Shown piece by piece: positions 27,280 through 36,919 of a DNA stretch of 41,860 bases. The notes beneath the pieces were generated by a model. It was given only the letters and a program-made list of their open reading frames with translations, was not told the origin of the DNA and made no database searches. The position numbers and the translations under genes are program-made. Position 1 is the stretch's first letter; the number at the start of each line of letters is the position of its first letter. Source of the DNA: a virus (lineage: Duplodnaviria > Caudoviricetes); IMG/VR virus record IMGVR_UViG_3300027193_000013, positions 1 through 41,860 of that record; one strand, given 5' to 3'.

Positions 27280-27722
27280 TGGCTGCTATAACGGCTAATA
27301 ACATTGTCATATCGGTGCAAATTTCTGACTTCTTTCAAGATGGTGTGCCTAGTTATACATTTCTGCCAGAAGAAAGCATAAACTGTTTAGTCAGGTCATA
27401 TAGTAGGTCAAGCAAGTTAGCATCTTTGGACTTAGCAAGCATAACCGACACGGAAGACAAATTGTTCTTCACACGTGCTAGTGGTACGGTAGAGCTTGAA
27501 ATATACGTAGATAGCACATTTGGGCTAGCTTTCCCGACATATCTTTACCACTACATTAAAGTCAAGGCGACTATTCCATATAATGGCTCTACTGTTGTCT
27601 GGATGGATGAGGGTGTTATAAGTGATGTATCTATGTCGCAAGACTTAGATGGTATTCTTACTGAGTCAGTCACTATCACACTCGGCACATATGGTGTTGA
27701 TGCATATGGTGGCATTGTCTAA
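27279..27722 (+). CDS. Tail tube protein paralogue 3 (divergent)
   Basis: NCLVRSYSRS, TRASGTVELE and DGILTESVTITLG align with paralogues 1 and 2. Confidence 0.65.
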   Translation: MAAITANNIVISVQISDFFQDGVPSYTFLPEESINCLVRSYSRSSKLASLDLASITDTEDKLFFTRASGTVELEIYVDSTFGLAFPTYLYHYIKVKATIPYNGSTVVWMDEGVISDVSMSQDLDGILTESVTITLGTYGVDAYGGIV

Positions 27723-27730
27723 GGATTACT

Positions 27731-28120
27731 ATGGGATTACAAAGTTTAAAAACAGTTAAACCAAAGGCACTTCAGCCTAATCTGGTTATCGATTTAGCGG
27801 ATTTTGATGGAGAGGGAACCCTCACATTCCGTGCTCCAAAAGCAGCCGACATCTTTCCAGATGCAAGTGAATTGCGAGATGCAAAAATCCAGTTCCCTGA
27901 GTTCAAGGAACCCATGCTTCAATCCATTCTGGTAATGGGTCGTACGTACGTTCCAGATGAAACGGACAACGGTCAAGCGATTACCCCTTGGCGTTCTATC
28001 GCAATCATTGCCCGTGAGAACAGTGACTTGTTCTTTTATATGATGGCTCAGTATGGAACTGCTTTCCCACAAGATGACATTACTGGTAGGAAAGAAGTGG
28101 GAAACGACTCAGCGGAGTAG
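27731..28120 (+). CDS. Tail assembly chaperone (gpG-like)
   Basis: Between tail tube and tape measure, with a slippery heptamer near its 3' end. Confidence 0.75.
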   Translation: MGLQSLKTVKPKALQPNLVIDLADFDGEGTLTFRAPKAADIFPDASELRDAKIQFPEFKEPMLQSILVMGRTYVPDETDNGQAITPWRSIAIIARENSDLFFYMMAQYGTAFPQDDITGRKEVGNDSAE

Positions 28121-28284
28121 CACAACTTGCCTTGTACTATTCCGTAAAGTATTTGCATAGGCACCCAGCGGAGACTGACCTAGATTTTGATAGATTAAGC
28201 GAGTTAGTCTATATAGGTCAAATGCTAGATAAGCGTGAAGAAGAACTAGCAATGATAACAGCAAGGGCGTTGGGTGCAAAATGA
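28099..28284 (+). CDS. -1 frameshift extension of the tail assembly chaperone (gpGT-like)
   Basis: G GGA AAC at 28099-28105. The -1 frame is open for 61 codons (GKRLSGVAQLALYYSVKYLHRHP...ALGAK) to a TGA overlapping the tape-measure ATG. Confidence 0.8.
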   Translation, partial: GKRLSGVAQLALYYSVKYLHRHPAETDLDFDRLSELVYIGQMLDKREEELAMITARALGAK

Positions 28285-30584
28285 CATTACGTGAGCTTGA
28301 GATTAAAGTCAAAGGTACGAACATTCGTCGTACCGAAGCCGACCTTGCCAAGCTCGAAACGCAAGCCAACAAAGCCGCGGCGGCTATTCAAAACCTACAA
28401 AAGACATTTAGTAGTGCCGCGGCTATGCCTAAACTTTCCATATCTGGGCGTGTAGGTGGCGGTGGCGGACGTGGTGGGTCTGGTGGTGGAGGTGGCGGTG
28501 GTGGTGGTGGCGGCACGTTTGATGGAATGTCAAACGGCATAAATAAAGTATCTGGTGCGATGGCAAATATGGGTCGCATATCAGCCTCACCGCTTGCACT
28601 GGTTGCAAAATTCGGTCAAGCAATCGGCGTTGTTGGGCAAATTGGCACAAGCGTATTTAATTCCCTTGGTGGTGCTATATCTAGTTTGGGTGGAGCGGGT
28701 GGGCCGATAGGTATGGTAGTCGCTGGTGTGGGTGCAGTTGTTGGTGCAATAGGCTCTTTGACCGGCGGCGTATTACAGATGTTTGCTGGAGCTCTTGGGA
28801 CAGTTGTTAATATAGCTGGTCAACTTCTTGGTGTTCTTGCTGGTGTTGCGGGTGGCATTATAAGTGTTGGATTAGAAGCAACTAAAACAGCAGTAAGCCT
28901 ATCGGCAATGTTTATGCAGCAACAGTTTGCACAGTATGTATCTTACGAACAACAGATACGTGGACTTGCTGCGTATGAAAATAATGCAGAATCCCTTACC
29001 GAAACATTGGGTCGTTTAAGGCAACTTGCCAAACTCCCCGGTCTTGCTTTACCTGAAGTTATTCAAGCCACAGTTGGTCTTCGTGCAGCCGGTATGGATG
29101 CTGAAAACGCAGAACGTTCCATAATGGGGTTTGCACGTGCTCTTGCCGCTGTTGGCAAGGGTAAAGCAGACTTCAAGGGCGCAATGCTTGCACTTCAACA
29201 AATCGTTACCGCTGGTAAGTTGGAAGGCGATGAAATCAGACAGTTATCTGAACGTGTTCCTCAGATTCGTATGGTGTTACTAAAAGCATTTGGTAGTGCC
29301 AAGGGCGAAGAAATCTCCAAGATGATGGAGAAAACCGGTAAGTCAGTTTTTGATGTCGTTGACATGATTAATACTGAAATGCTGAAGTTGCCAAGTGTTT
29401 CGGGTGGCGTAAGTACAAACCTTGAAAACGTAATGGATGACTTGGCTGAAGCCACACGTCCAGTTGGTCAAGGGCTTGCGGCTATGTTTACGGCTGCTCA
29501 ACCGGGCATGCAGAGTTTGATTGAGAACATTAGTCAAATATCTACTGCAATTGGAGAAGTTTTTTACTCCATAGGTACTAGTGGTGTAATTCAAGAAGCA
29601 CTTGCAAGTCTATTTGGATTTGTTGATACAAAATCGCTCGTCGATAACTTCAGAGAAGCCGCAGCGCGTATTGGAAGTTATATTATTGCGGCTGTTCAGC
29701 AAATTCCAGTCATATATACTGCCCTAAAAGAAGGTGCAACTGCTTTATTCGACTATTTGGCAACTGCTGGTCCTAATTGGGCTAACGACATTGTTTACTG
29801 GGTTCAATATGTCGGACTTTATTTTAAGGATGTTTTTGACGCTATAGTTGGTTATCTTCAGCCATTTATGGCGTCAATGAAAATGGCAATGTGGTCACTC
29901 AAAATGTTTGCTGAAGGTACACAAGCACTCAAAGAGGGTAGCCTATTTGGAGCAATTGGTGCATACACTCTAGGTACTGGTGGACTAATTGCTTCTGCTG
30001 CTACTTCTTTTGCTGCTCCTACTATCGGTTTAGGTATTGCTGGAGGAGTAATGGATGACTCAGCCGCAGCACGTCAAACAAAAATTGCTGAATTGGATAG
30101 GAAGCGAGCAGCTGGTACTCTTGTTCCTAACCTATTTGGTGAGATGAAGAATGCGTTTAACAGTGTTCCTGAACTCAAAAATATTGGGGCAGCATTCGGT
30201 AGTGTTGGCACTAAAGCAGATGACATATATGGTCGCATTGCGAAAAACATGCAAGCGATGCCAACCTTACCAGATGGTCTAAACTACGGTAATAGACCAG
30301 TTCAGCCAACTGGTGCAATAGGTGGTGGAAATAAATCGCTTGACACGCTCAAAGAGATTGCTACCAACACCGGCAAGACGGCTGATAGACTTTCATTGCG
30401 TACTCAGACTCTTGGTGGTGGTGAACTTGCTAAGTTAGGAGTTACGCCAACTGAACTTAGAGGTGGAGCACGTGTTAACTCACCGGGACTAAGAACAGCA
30501 CCAAGTTTGATAGAACAAGGTTTACGTGCTTTTATGAGTGAGTATTCACGCAGAGGTGATGTAAACAACCCCCTCCGGAGATAA
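28281..30584 (+). CDS. Tape measure protein
   Basis: Ala/Gly-rich helical repeats and a tape-measure-domain motif (ALQQIVTAGKLEGDEIRQLSE); canonical position. Confidence 0.9.
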   Translation: MTLRELEIKVKGTNIRRTEADLAKLETQANKAAAAIQNLQKTFSSAAAMPKLSISGRVGGGGGRGGSGGGGGGGGGGGTFDGMSNGINKVSGAMANMGRISASPLALVAKFGQAIGVVGQIGTSVFNSLGGAISSLGGAGGPIGMVVAGVGAVVGAIGSLTGGVLQMFAGALGTVVNIAGQLLGVLAGVAGGIISVGLEATKTAVSLSAMFMQQQFAQYVSYEQQIRGLAAYENNAESLTETLGRLRQLAKLPGLALPEVIQATVGLRAAGMDAENAERSIMGFARALAAVGKGKADFKGAMLALQQIVTAGKLEGDEIRQLSERVPQIRMVLLKAFGSAKGEEISKMMEKTGKSVFDVVDMINTEMLKLPSVSGGVSTNLENVMDDLAEATRPVGQGLAAMFTAAQPGMQSLIENISQISTAIGEVFYSIGTSGVIQEALASLFGFVDTKSLVDNFREAAARIGSYIIAAVQQIPVIYTALKEGATALFDYLATAGPNWANDIVYWVQYVGLYFKDVFDAIVGYLQPFMASMKMAMWSLKMFAEGTQALKEGSLFGAIGAYTLGTGGLIASAATSFAAPTIGLGIAGGVMDDSAAARQTKIAELDRKRAAGTLVPNLFGEMKNAFNSVPELKNIGAAFGSVGTKADDIYGRIAKNMQAMPTLPDGLNYGNRPVQPTGAIGGGNKSLDTLKEIATNTGKTADRLSLRTQTLGGGELAKLGVTPTELRGGARVNSPGLRTAPSLIEQGLRAFMSEYSRRGDVNNPLRR
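28455..28514 (+). repeat. GGN-codon run encoding a poly-Gly tract in the tape measure protein
   Basis: Encodes GGGGGRGGSGGGGGGGGGGG. Confidence 0.8.
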
Positions 30585-30587
30585 TAA

Positions 30588-32852
30588 ATGGCTACAGATT
30601 GGCCAGTAAAAATTGAGATTGATGTACCAGAGAAACGTGTATCCGTACCTAGGTATTGCGTTGCTGGTGAAGGCTCTACGTGGAATATGCGGAACACTAC
30701 AAGCACTATCTTTGTAGATGCTGTTACCGGTACCGCAATGCTTTCTCCTTTGCCACTGACTCCTACATGGACGACTAGTGGTGCTGGCAACTACGCACGG
30801 AAACGTCTTACCGACTACGACACATTAACTGAACCGACTAAATGGAAGGAAGTTAAATTACTACACTCCACAGACTATTACATAACATCTGAGGGAGTCA
30901 ACGCTGTTGCGGTGTTGAGTGAAGTTCTTCCATCTAACCAACCTATGTATGTTTCATTCTTTATGTCTGGAACTAAAAAAGCCAACGAGACCGTTGCTTT
31001 TAGGTGTGGTTGGAATTATGGTCAGGCCAATGAAGTACGACTTGACGTCATGGCTGGTGGTGCAATTGTTGTTTATAAAGGCGCACAAAAACTAGAGAAG
31101 TACGACTCCACAAAGGGTGGTATGCGTCCCGGTGGCATGAAGTTGTATTCAATGTCTCCCGCAAATACTTATGTAAACCTTGTTTTACTGCCGTGCCGTA
31201 AACGTGAATTACTAGTTCTAAGTAATTACGGGACAAACTTTTGTCATACATTTGAAGACTTAGACCCATCTGTTAATGACCCTAATACGAACGACATTAC
31301 ACCAAGTTCAAAGTTTTACTGGTATGTTCCGGCACCATTTCAGCCAATGGTTCAAGTCGCTAAGTGTAAGTTTGAAACATCTGGAACGGTTTATGGCGGG
31401 AATACAACATTACGTGCAATCCCTCCAGTTGGTACTACGTTTGCCGGATGGTCGGCTGGCACGGACCGCATAGGTCCAAACTCAGCAACTATTGTTGGAA
31501 ATCTTTCTGTTGTAAAAGCCGATTTGACAGCATGGAATCCACTTATACCAGTTGCTGACGTCTTGGCGTCAGCAACATTAACGGGAGATGGAAATGCTAC
31601 TTGGGGTCTATATGCGATTGATTTATTTTCAACACCAACAACAGTAAATACGTATAACGGCTCTATTGATATTACGCCATATGTTCAAAGTCTAGAGTGT
31701 TCTGTGGATGAAGACGGAACCCAGACAGTCAAGATGCAAACACGGTATGGGTTACTTTATAACGATGCCGTCGTTGAAAATAGTCTCTATCAGTCAGACA
31801 GACCATTTAGAATTGCCATTAAGAAAGGCGATAATACATATTTAGATATATGCCGTGGTACATTTGACTCTCCGGAAATAACTTACGAGCTGGGTGATTT
31901 GGAAATGCGTTACCCATCGATGTCATTTGAAGGTAAGGATAGGTCACGTGAGTTTGAGTTAATGATGCTTATTGACTCAGTTCCATATGATGGGACTGAA
32001 TTGGATTACGCAGTTAAAGACCTTTTGACTATATGTGGTTATAACTCATCCGACTGGTATATCAACATTCCGGGTTTTCAACTTCCGTATTCCCCTATTG
32101 TTTCAACCGGTAAGTGGAGTCTTGCTCCAGAGCGTGGGGATACAGTTGCTAAGTGGTTAAACCAGTTATGGAATGACTACGCACAAACATACACTCGTGG
32201 TTGGATGCCTACTAGTACTGGATATAGGTACTGTTTTATAAGCCCAACTGTTTTATCTAATACTGTAATGATGGAATTGTATGAGGCTCAATACGCCGCT
32301 AATAATGCATTAGTGCCAAAGACATTAACAAGTAAAAGAACTATCCGTGAACTAGCACGTCATTATGAGGCGGCTGAAGCAAATCACATACAAGTAATTG
32401 GTCGTGACCCACGAACAGATAGGTTGATATTCCGAAGTTATAACGATGCTGCTAGTCAGAATCCAGCGACAGCACCGGCATCACGCCCAAGGAACTGGCG
32501 TGGACGCACTTGTAGTGTCGTGCATATCAATGAATCAATAACAACTGATGCTGCGGCACAAAGGGCACTTGATGTTCTAGTTGATAGACTTACACCCGGT
32601 CGTGACTTAGTAGAGTGGACTTCAGATTTCCTTATTAGGAATACTGACGATAGACCTCTTTGGATTGGTGATGTCGTAAGAATACATAACGTATATGCGT
32701 CAACATATGAGTACGAGACTGCATATTCTGACTACAGAATTATAGCAATACCGAGCATCAATTTTGCGTTTGAAGCAACTGCTACGCCTAAAGTTCGTCA
32801 AGCAAGATATAGGGGAGTGAGAATAGGTCCAGCCGTAGTTATAGGAGGCTAG
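30588..32852 (+). CDS. Baseplate hub / tail-tip protein
   Basis: 754 aa directly after the tape measure. The C-half has hub-like features (IDITPYVQS, FEGKD, NHIQVIG, IGDVVRI). Confidence 0.6.
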   Translation: MATDWPVKIEIDVPEKRVSVPRYCVAGEGSTWNMRNTTSTIFVDAVTGTAMLSPLPLTPTWTTSGAGNYARKRLTDYDTLTEPTKWKEVKLLHSTDYYITSEGVNAVAVLSEVLPSNQPMYVSFFMSGTKKANETVAFRCGWNYGQANEVRLDVMAGGAIVVYKGAQKLEKYDSTKGGMRPGGMKLYSMSPANTYVNLVLLPCRKRELLVLSNYGTNFCHTFEDLDPSVNDPNTNDITPSSKFYWYVPAPFQPMVQVAKCKFETSGTVYGGNTTLRAIPPVGTTFAGWSAGTDRIGPNSATIVGNLSVVKADLTAWNPLIPVADVLASATLTGDGNATWGLYAIDLFSTPTTVNTYNGSIDITPYVQSLECSVDEDGTQTVKMQTRYGLLYNDAVVENSLYQSDRPFRIAIKKGDNTYLDICRGTFDSPEITYELGDLEMRYPSMSFEGKDRSREFELMMLIDSVPYDGTELDYAVKDLLTICGYNSSDWYINIPGFQLPYSPIVSTGKWSLAPERGDTVAKWLNQLWNDYAQTYTRGWMPTSTGYRYCFISPTVLSNTVMMELYEAQYAANNALVPKTLTSKRTIRELARHYEAAEANHIQVIGRDPRTDRLIFRSYNDAASQNPATAPASRPRNWRGRTCSVVHINESITTDAAAQRALDVLVDRLTPGRDLVEWTSDFLIRNTDDRPLWIGDVVRIHNVYASTYEYETAYSDYRIIAIPSINFAFEATATPKVRQARYRGVRIGPAVVIGG

Positions 32853-32854
32853 TC

Positions 32855-33118
32855 ATGAGTTGGTTTAGTTCAAAAATGAAACGATGGTTTGGAATCGAAG
32901 AACGAAATCTAATCAAGGGTGTTGATAAAGTTCTCATATCTCTGGCTGAAGACATGGCTATGGCAAGTGCTATGAAAGCCCTAGAACCACAACTTGGCTC
33001 TAATCTTACAAAGACTATTGTCAAGCGCATCAAGGACAAAGAGAAGGGCACTCCTTCAGATAATGAAATCCTTGAGTTTCTTGTTGTTGAAGTAATCAAG
33101 AATCTACCTAAGAAGTAA
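32855..33118 (+). CDS. Hypothetical protein
   Basis: 87-aa ORF with GGAGG SD. Confidence 0.6.
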   Translation: MSWFSSKMKRWFGIEERNLIKGVDKVLISLAEDMAMASAMKALEPQLGSNLTKTIVKRIKDKEKGTPSDNEILEFLVVEVIKNLPKK

Positions 33119-33154
33119 TTGGGCAAGTGTTCCGTAATCCAGTAAGGTTTGTAT

Positions 33155-33712
33155 ATGCGACCTACTAATCGTCCTATAGCGACAAAGGCACTTGAGTTGG
33201 CTGTTGCCAACATAGGTGTTACTGAGGTTGGTGTCAACCGTGGTGCGGCTGTTGAAGCCTATCAAGCATCATGTGTGCCACCAATCCCAGCCGGTAGTCC
33301 TTGGTGTGCAGCAGTTGTACGTTTTAGGATGAAGCAAGCGGCTACGGCTCTTGGGACAACCTATGACACGACTTTTCCACGGAGTGGATACACGCCAGAC
33401 TGGTCGAATTGGGCTAAGGAAAACGGTTGTTGGATATCAGTTGCTGATGCTAAGGCAAGCGTTGCAAATAAGGTTGGTCGTGTGTTGCCGGGAGACTTGG
33501 TGTTGTTTTATATCAAGCCACTTGGTCGCATAGGTCATATTGGGGTCATCCAGTCTGTTCACTCTTGGGGTGTATGGACTGTAGAAGGTAACACTTCACC
33601 TGAGCCTTCTGATGCATATGCTGTTGAGCGTGACGGTGATGGATACTTCCGTAAGAAGCGAAACTGGTCGGAACTAGGCACTTATGGTGGAGTGCTTACG
33701 GTTAACTTTTAG
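33155..33712 (+). CDS. CHAP-family peptidoglycan hydrolase (endolysin)
   Basis: PWCAA, PGDLV, GHIG and TVEGNT motifs. ATG 33155 is preceded by TAAGGT + 6 nt. Confidence 0.85.
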   Translation: MRPTNRPIATKALELAVANIGVTEVGVNRGAAVEAYQASCVPPIPAGSPWCAAVVRFRMKQAATALGTTYDTTFPRSGYTPDWSNWAKENGCWISVADAKASVANKVGRVLPGDLVLFYIKPLGRIGHIGVIQSVHSWGVWTVEGNTSPEPSDAYAVERDGDGYFRKKRNWSELGTYGGVLTVNF

Positions 33713-33721
33713 AGGTGCATT

Positions 33722-34090
33722 ATGGGTAGAACTATGGTTGGTCCGCTTCGCACAGAAGCCGGAAATCTTCGTCAAGCAGATAGAGAACGAATTTTCAAAG
33801 TCGCTAGTTTGACCGGCCAGATTGGTGCAGCACGAAAACGTGGAAACACAGAACGTGTCGCTAGTCTGACTAGTCAACGTGATACTGAAGTTGGAAAACT
33901 TCGCAAGCGAGTATCTGGCACGGCATTTGGTGGCGCACTCACTGCTGCACTGTCTCCATCACGTTCTGGTGGCATTCGTCGTGAACTTGGTGAAATCACC
34001 CGTAGGGCTAAAGCAAATCCGGGAGTTTATGGAAAACTAGTTCCGGGTGGAAATGCAGCAAGTAACCGTGCTCGTGGAATAGCCAGATAA
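33722..34090 (+). CDS. Small Arg/Gly-rich basic protein
   Basis: 122 aa, strongly basic, internal VASLT.Q repeat; GAGG SD. Confidence 0.65.
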   Translation: MGRTMVGPLRTEAGNLRQADRERIFKVASLTGQIGAARKRGNTERVASLTSQRDTEVGKLRKRVSGTAFGGALTAALSPSRSGGIRRELGEITRRAKANPGVYGKLVPGGNAASNRARGIAR

Positions 34091-34094
34091 CGCA

Positions 34095-34430
34095 ATGGGT
34101 GGAACACCTACGTCGGGAGGGTCTAGAACACGCGCTGAAAGAAATCTTGCAGTACGTGCTCCAAAACCAGAACCACTCATCCCAAAGCAACGCCAGATGT
34201 TTAGTAAGGTTAGTACATCTGACCTACTGAAAGCACGTGACATCACGAGCCGTCTGGCGGCTGGGACATTCCGGCCACAAGACCAACTTGCCGTTCGTCG
34301 GCTTCAACGTCGTGGTGGGAACACGGGTAAATTAGCAAGTAGGCTACAGAATGAAAACTCTCGCAGTGATACTCTCCGCCGGTTGAATAATGAAATCGAC
34401 CTCAGGACACAAGATAAACTAAAGAAGTAG
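34095..34430 (+). CDS. Small Arg-rich basic protein
   Basis: 111 aa, starts MGGTPTSGGSR, strongly basic. Confidence 0.65.
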   Translation: MGGTPTSGGSRTRAERNLAVRAPKPEPLIPKQRQMFSKVSTSDLLKARDITSRLAAGTFRPQDQLAVRRLQRRGGNTGKLASRLQNENSRSDTLRRLNNEIDLRTQDKLKK

Positions 34431-34459
34431 TTGACAAACTGTTGGTTATAAAGTAGAGT
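34431..34459 (+). promoter_or_regulatory. Sigma70-type promoter (leaderless)
   Basis: TTGACA-N17-TAGAGT, 6 nt, ATG 34466. Confidence 0.7.
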
Positions 34460-34465
34460 AGGTTC

Positions 34466-34648
34466 ATGGGAAGAATGGACCTACTTTTTTCTTTGCGTCG
34501 TCAAGTTGATGTTGCAATAGAACAGTTCGTATTCTGGAGCGAAATGGCGTCAAGGCGACCATCGTTCCGTTCTGTGGAAACAAAGGCTCTAGAGGACGCT
34601 GTAGAGGCTTGTATGGCATATTGGGATGCACACTCAGTGAGTGCTTAG
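34466..34648 (+). CDS. Hypothetical protein
   Basis: 60-aa ORF directly under the promoter. Confidence 0.55.
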   Translation: MGRMDLLFSLRRQVDVAIEQFVFWSEMASRRPSFRSVETKALEDAVEACMAYWDAHSVSA

Positions 34649-34664
34649 ATGTTAGAATGCCAAT

Positions 34665-35003
34665 ATGTTGACCATAGGACTATTAGAAGAGTTCAAGGAG
34701 GTCGTAGCACCTTGCTTGAAAGACAGCATTATGGCTAGTGCCTTTCGTGGTACTGCATGTGTAAACAAACGAGAAGTAAAAGATTTTGTTGTTCTTGTTA
34801 CTTGGATTCCACTTGGAGTCCGAGCAGAAGTGAAAATAATCATTAAACAAAACAACCAAGAGGAAATGAATTACTCGATGTTTGTGAATGACTACCAGAC
34901 AGAATTAGTAGCCCACGTTGTACGTACATGGGCTGTTACTTATGAGATGCACTGCGACAGTGCTATTCGTTCTGTCCGCCGGAAGTCTGCTTTTGAGAAG
35001 TAG
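34665..35003 (+). CDS. Hypothetical protein
   Basis: 112-aa ORF; extended -10 TGnTAGAAT (34650-34658) lies 6 nt before the ATG. Confidence 0.55.
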   Translation: MLTIGLLEEFKEVVAPCLKDSIMASAFRGTACVNKREVKDFVVLVTWIPLGVRAEVKIIIKQNNQEEMNYSMFVNDYQTELVAHVVRTWAVTYEMHCDSAIRSVRRKSAFEK

Positions 35004-35259
35004 ACTGTAGTTCACCGCAGTATTTCACAACCTTTGCAGCAATCTCTTCATCATTCGTCAGTGTTGCTGTTAGATACCACAAACACTTATATAAGTCACT
35101 TGATGCATCTTCACCCGGTTTCTTACCGGCTCGCTTGATGTATTTGACCACCATCGATAGGTCACCGTTCAAGCCCCAGTTCGTGTAGACAGAACGTGCA
35201 GATATGTTTGAACTTACATCGTTGTAGTGTTTAGGGATTACCTTTGATTCATCAAACAT
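34963..35259 (-). CDS. DUF3310-like protein
   Basis: PKHY...VVKYIKRAGKK....DLYKCLWYL signature. Confidence 0.75.
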   Translation of the reverse strand: MFDESKVIPKHYNDVSSNISARSVYTNWGLNGDLSMVVKYIKRAGKKPGEDASSDLYKCLWYLTATLTNDEEIAAKVVKYCGELQSTSQKQTSGGQNE

Positions 35260-36391
35260 TCTCTCGTTCCTCTTCTCCAATCATGATGGCGTTCTTAGTC
35301 TTGCCGGTGTTGACTTCAATCTGTTCTGGTACCCAGATGTAGCCGTTCTTACGGCAGTAATCTTTAGCCTTGCCACCGCCGCCGATAAGCATCACGAGTA
35401 GTGGTGTAGAACCGGCTCGTTCTTTTGCAACCGCCAACTGATATTCCATGACGTCAGTGCCACGGTCAAACATAACGTTGAAGCGGCTTGCATATGCACC
35501 CCAACCTTGTGGCACACCAATAAGTGCTTTATCAAAGTGGTCGGTAGCCAAGTTCAAGTCAACGTAAATTTGAATTCCATACGACTGCCAATACCGTGAC
35601 AACCAGCGTTTACGATAGATATCGTAGAGGACTTGGATATCAGCGTAGTCGTTGTTTGTTGAGTAGTTCAACTCGGTTAGTGCAGTACACCCAGACTTGA
35701 CGATAGGCGTAGGGTCTTTCCAAAGGTTCTCCCAACGCCTATCTTCGGTATACATGTTGTATGTCCCGCCAAACTGTTTCTTGCGGCTGATAGCACCCCA
35801 AGTGATGATTGGTGTCATAACTGACCGTGCTTGTTGGTTCAAGTCAAGGGTCGGTATTCCCCAGTCGTTGTCAGATGGGAATTTGGTGTGCATGTAATGC
35901 CACGGTGTTTCACGGGCATCATACTCTTCCTCTTCAACTTCTGATACACGTGATGTTCGTTCTAGAGGTTCATCTTCACCGTTGATGATGTCTTGTAGGA
36001 AAGACATGTCATCGTCGTTGTATCCAGTTCCAGATAAACCGCCTTCATAGGTGTTGAGTTCTTCCAGAATCTCCAAGAGTTTCTCGTCGTCGTCAACACC
36101 CATTCGTGCCGTCTTGTTGTCCACGAGCAAAATACGTAGTTCTGCTTCGGCATCAACATCAACAAACTCTACTGGTACTTTCTTCCAACCGAGTTCTTTC
36201 GCCGCTTTTACACGGTGATTACCAGCAAGTATATGCATGGTTCTCTTGTTGACCAGCACACGCCCAAAGAAACCGTTTGTGGCAAGTGATTCCTTGATGG
36301 CATCAACGTTGCCCACGTTGGCGTTTTTAGGGTGATGTTTGAGTTGACTGATGAGTACATCATCGGTACCGACATTCAAGACGCTTGGCAT
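35252..36391 (-). CDS. ParB-N domain fused to a DUF4417-like domain
   Basis: The N-half is a close paralogue of 1130-1726. The C-half has WGIP.L, YTEDRRWENLW..P, NYS and YRKRWLSRYWQ..GI motifs, which I recall from DUF4417. Confidence 0.7.
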   Translation of the reverse strand: MPSVLNVGTDDVLISQLKHHPKNANVGNVDAIKESLATNGFFGRVLVNKRTMHILAGNHRVKAAKELGWKKVPVEFVDVDAEAELRILLVDNKTARMGVDDDEKLLEILEELNTYEGGLSGTGYNDDDMSFLQDIINGEDEPLERTSRVSEVEEEEYDARETPWHYMHTKFPSDNDWGIPTLDLNQQARSVMTPIITWGAISRKKQFGGTYNMYTEDRRWENLWKDPTPIVKSGCTALTELNYSTNNDYADIQVLYDIYRKRWLSRYWQSYGIQIYVDLNLATDHFDKALIGVPQGWGAYASRFNVMFDRGTDVMEYQLAVAKERAGSTPLLVMLIGGGGKAKDYCRKNGYIWVPEQIEVNTGKTKNAIMIGEEERENV

Positions 36392-36394
36392 TAA

Positions 36395-36919
36395 CTATGC
36401 TCCAGTGCTACCGAAACCACCTTCACCACGGTCTGTATCAGATGTGATGACTGCTTCTTTGAACTCTACGTCTTCTACTTTGGAAAAGACTAGTTGAGCA
36501 ATCTTCTCACCGGCTTCAACTTGATAGTCTTGCTTGCCGACGTTCATGAGAATGACGCCAACTTCACCACGATAATCAGAGTCAATGGTGCCGGGTGCAT
36601 TCAAGACGATGACACTGTGCTTGAGTGACATGCCACTACGTGAACGAACTTGGGCTTCGTATCCAGATGGGATAACTAACTTGATTCCAGTTTTGACGAG
36701 CTTTGCAACGCCAGCGTGAATCACTTTGGTCTCAGCCGCCTTGACATCAAAACCGGCAGAGCCAACGGTTGCCTTTGTAGGCATCGATGCTTCTGCACTA
36801 AGTTCAATCTCAACTGGTAGTGCGCCGGGCAATACTGTCTTGACTGGTTCCGACTTCACTGGTTGCTTCTTTACTACTTTTTGAAATTTCAAATTGTGTA
36901 GTGATTCGTCTGTACTCAT
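36395..36919 (-). CDS. dut: dUTP diphosphatase
   Basis: SAGFD, RSG, GTIDSDYRGE, IAQL and RGEGGFGSTG motifs. ATG 36919 overlaps the upstream stop. Confidence 0.95.
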   Translation of the reverse strand: MSTDESLHNLKFQKVVKKQPVKSEPVKTVLPGALPVEIELSAEASMPTKATVGSAGFDVKAAETKVIHAGVAKLVKTGIKLVIPSGYEAQVRSRSGMSLKHSVIVLNAPGTIDSDYRGEVGVILMNVGKQDYQVEAGEKIAQLVFSKVEDVEFKEAVITSDTDRGEGGFGSTGA

